NCBI GenBank assembly: GCA_048013815.1
Contig: CM106586.1
Span: forward strand, 6,510,001-6,574,000
Source: Setoptus koraiensis
Taxonomy: Eukaryota > Animalia > Arthropoda
Length of the DNA stretch: 64,000 bases
Direction: 5' to 3'
Shown: positions 61,745 through 64,000 of the stretch, piece by piece
Layout: every line of letters starts with the position of its first letter
Numbering within the stretch: position 1 is the first letter of the stretch
Program-made: the position numbers and the translations under genes
Notes under the pieces: model-generated
The model's input: only the letters and a program-made list of their open reading frames with translations
What the model was told of the DNA's origin: nothing
Databases searched by the model: none

Positions 61745-64000
61745 TATACAGTAAATAGCGTGGATATCCGAGCAACTTGCAACTCGGAGCGCTTCTAAGC
61801 CCCGTTGATATGTGTGTGTGTGCTGCCTGACAGACTCAAAAAAGAAACAACTAGATTTAATGTTGATGCTGTTATTGGAAGCGGCTCAACCTGTTCGTGT
61901 GTATGTGTGAGTCTGAGTTAGCCGCGAGGTTAAGTTCAACACACAGACACACAAACAAATCATGAACTTGATATTATGCAATTGCTTCGAACTCTCATTG
62001 CCGGCACAAAGCTTTTCACTCCGACAGAGAGTTTAAGCCGATGACCACTGGCCGCATTTTGTGTTGGTCGTTGTACTCTTTCCTGTCCATCATTGTCCGA
62101 TTCTCATTAGTTGATGCTGTTGTTGTTGTTGCTGCTGGCCTGCTGCTGAGCTGCAACAAAAGATAAGAGATAAGAATTGACGGCGAGAAACAGAATAGTC
62201 AACTCGGCTCATACACCTGTGCTGTACACACACACACACACACATAATTCGGCAAGTGGCGTTTCTATGGTAGGCCAACCATTGCGCTGAACCATTTCTT
62301 GTAACTTGTTGCTGTTGTTGTTACGCCATTGTGTGCCCATTGTTGCTGCGGCCGTCATTGCTACTGGGTGAAAACTCCATACTCTCTCATACTCCTCTCA
62401 TGCTCTTAAATTCGGTCGAGCGTGAAACAACTATCCACTCGCTTTTGGATACTCAACTCATGTCTGAGATGTTTTAGATGCCACTTGAGACTCCAGTTGC
62501 TGCCATCAAGATTGCCCATCTATCGCCAGCTCAGTTATAGCTGAATAGGTACACACTATTACCTGAGTAGTAAGTCGGTTGAACTCACTCGGCTCGAGTG
62601 GCATCAAGGTGCTGCTCGTAATAGTATCTGTCCAGTGGTAGCAGCAATCGATTTAAGTCACTCTATGTGTGATAGCTTCGAGTTGGAGTTTTCCAAAGAG
62701 ATTAGAGTCATTCCTGTGGCAGACGACATTATGAACTTGTTGCTGTTGTTGTTGCTGCTATTGCCGTTGCTGATAGTGGTGAGGCAATAATAAAGGAATT
62801 GCCCATACAAGTTTGGGTTCACTTGAGTTGGCTGCTTCGGCGTGTTGTTGTTGTCGCTGCTGCTGCTGCATTCACACAAATACAAGGGTAACTCTTAACC
62901 ATGCTTACATTTACCAACCACCATCGCCACTATTATGTAAGCATCATATAATATTATATAATAAGCCAAGCTGTTGCTGCTTGCTGCTGGTCAAGTTCAA
63001 GGCTATCAATCGGAGGTTCAACGACCATCAACACTATCCTCTGAGTGTGTGCTCATCTATGCTGAGTTGAACCCTGCGAGAATCTCAGCCACTACCTCCT
63101 GCATGATTGACTCTATGATGGTGGTGGCAATAAAGCATGTGTGTGTATGTGTTTGTAGCTCACCTAAAGAATCATCTTATTGAAAGTTGAACTCATGATT
63201 ATTTCGTCTTCATTCCTTTCAACATTTATCGTGCTGGTTGGCTGGCTAGTCGACTGATCGGATCGGATGGAATGGGATTAGATTGGAAAGCGAACGAAGC
63301 AAAGACAAGAGGAAGACGGGCTTCGTATCTCATCTTGAGTGCGTGTGTCTGCCAGTTCCATGTGTTTGAATATTCAAGCTAACATCTTGACCGAAAGACA
63401 CATAATCAAGTCACAATGTGTCCCATTTAGAGATCCTTGATCCATATGATGGACGCTACATGCATGCTGTGCATCCGTCAAAATGCTGATGAGCCTTTGA
63501 TGGATTGGCCGTTGCATAATTATCGGTGTGATCCCCTCATCATCGTATAGATTGATAGATGTCCATCATGACCAGCATCCCATGATGCCGATATTGCGTG
63601 TACGCTGGCCTTGTTTGTCTTGGCAATAATTATTCCTTCGTGTTGCATGATTACAGATCGATCGGCCCAGGTTCACATTGCTTAATATTTATTGTAGTCA
63701 GGTCCCGTGACATGTTTTACTCGCTACACTGGCTTTACTGTATAATTGTTTACCCTAGGCTGCTTAATTTTCTTCTTGATCAAAATGTATAAATAGTAAT
63801 ATTTCACTCTGATTGACTTGCAGTCATTATAGCTTGTGATGTGTGCACCTTCCAGACAAGACCCTCACGGCCATGGCATAAAATGAGTGTATCGCCTCTT
63901 CCTGCATCTCCAAATAGCCCCTCACAGCCTCAGCTTCTAGATAATATTCTATTTGAGGGAATCTCGGTAAATTATTTTCAATCTGCTGGTCCAATATAAT

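Noticed and set aside
1-64000. rRNA, tRNA, CRISPR arrays, prokaryotic operons and recognisable conserved miRNAs
   Set aside because: None was seen by eye. The DNA is eukaryotic with spliceosomal introns, and the short tandem repeats lack unique spacers. A covariance-model scan could still find small RNAs that I missed.
59638-64000. Downstream CrebA exons (bZIP domain)
   Set aside because: No basic-region or leucine-zipper coding segment was found; the region is treated as intron.

Overview
This window is eukaryotic DNA from a compact, intron-poor arthropod genome. An acariform mite is my inference from gene content and style and cannot be proved here. I rebuilt the spliced gene models by hand from GT-AG sites and reading-frame continuity: a Skeletor-like DM13/DOMON gene, an HP1-like chromobox gene, an orphan single-pass membrane protein, TMEM39, PIH1D1, a Q/S-rich secreted protein, CPPED1, BiP, glass, a single-domain saposin-like protein, a papain-family cathepsin plus a deleted pseudogene copy, and the first exon of a probable CrebA. 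There is a 500-N assembly gap and several small non-autonomous transposon-like elements. The main finding is a duplicated intronless gene pair (34931-37510 and 52980-54914) encoding F-box + LRR + a catalytically degenerate N-terminal half of a UPF1-like helicase. One copy carries a 591-bp in-frame insert encoding the N-terminal part of COP9 signalosome subunit 2 (CSN2), flanked by an 18-bp duplication that occurs only once in the other copy. This gives a CSN2-F-box-LRR-pseudo-UPF1 chimera that I do not recognise as a described protein. All homology calls are from recalled family motifs, not database searches.
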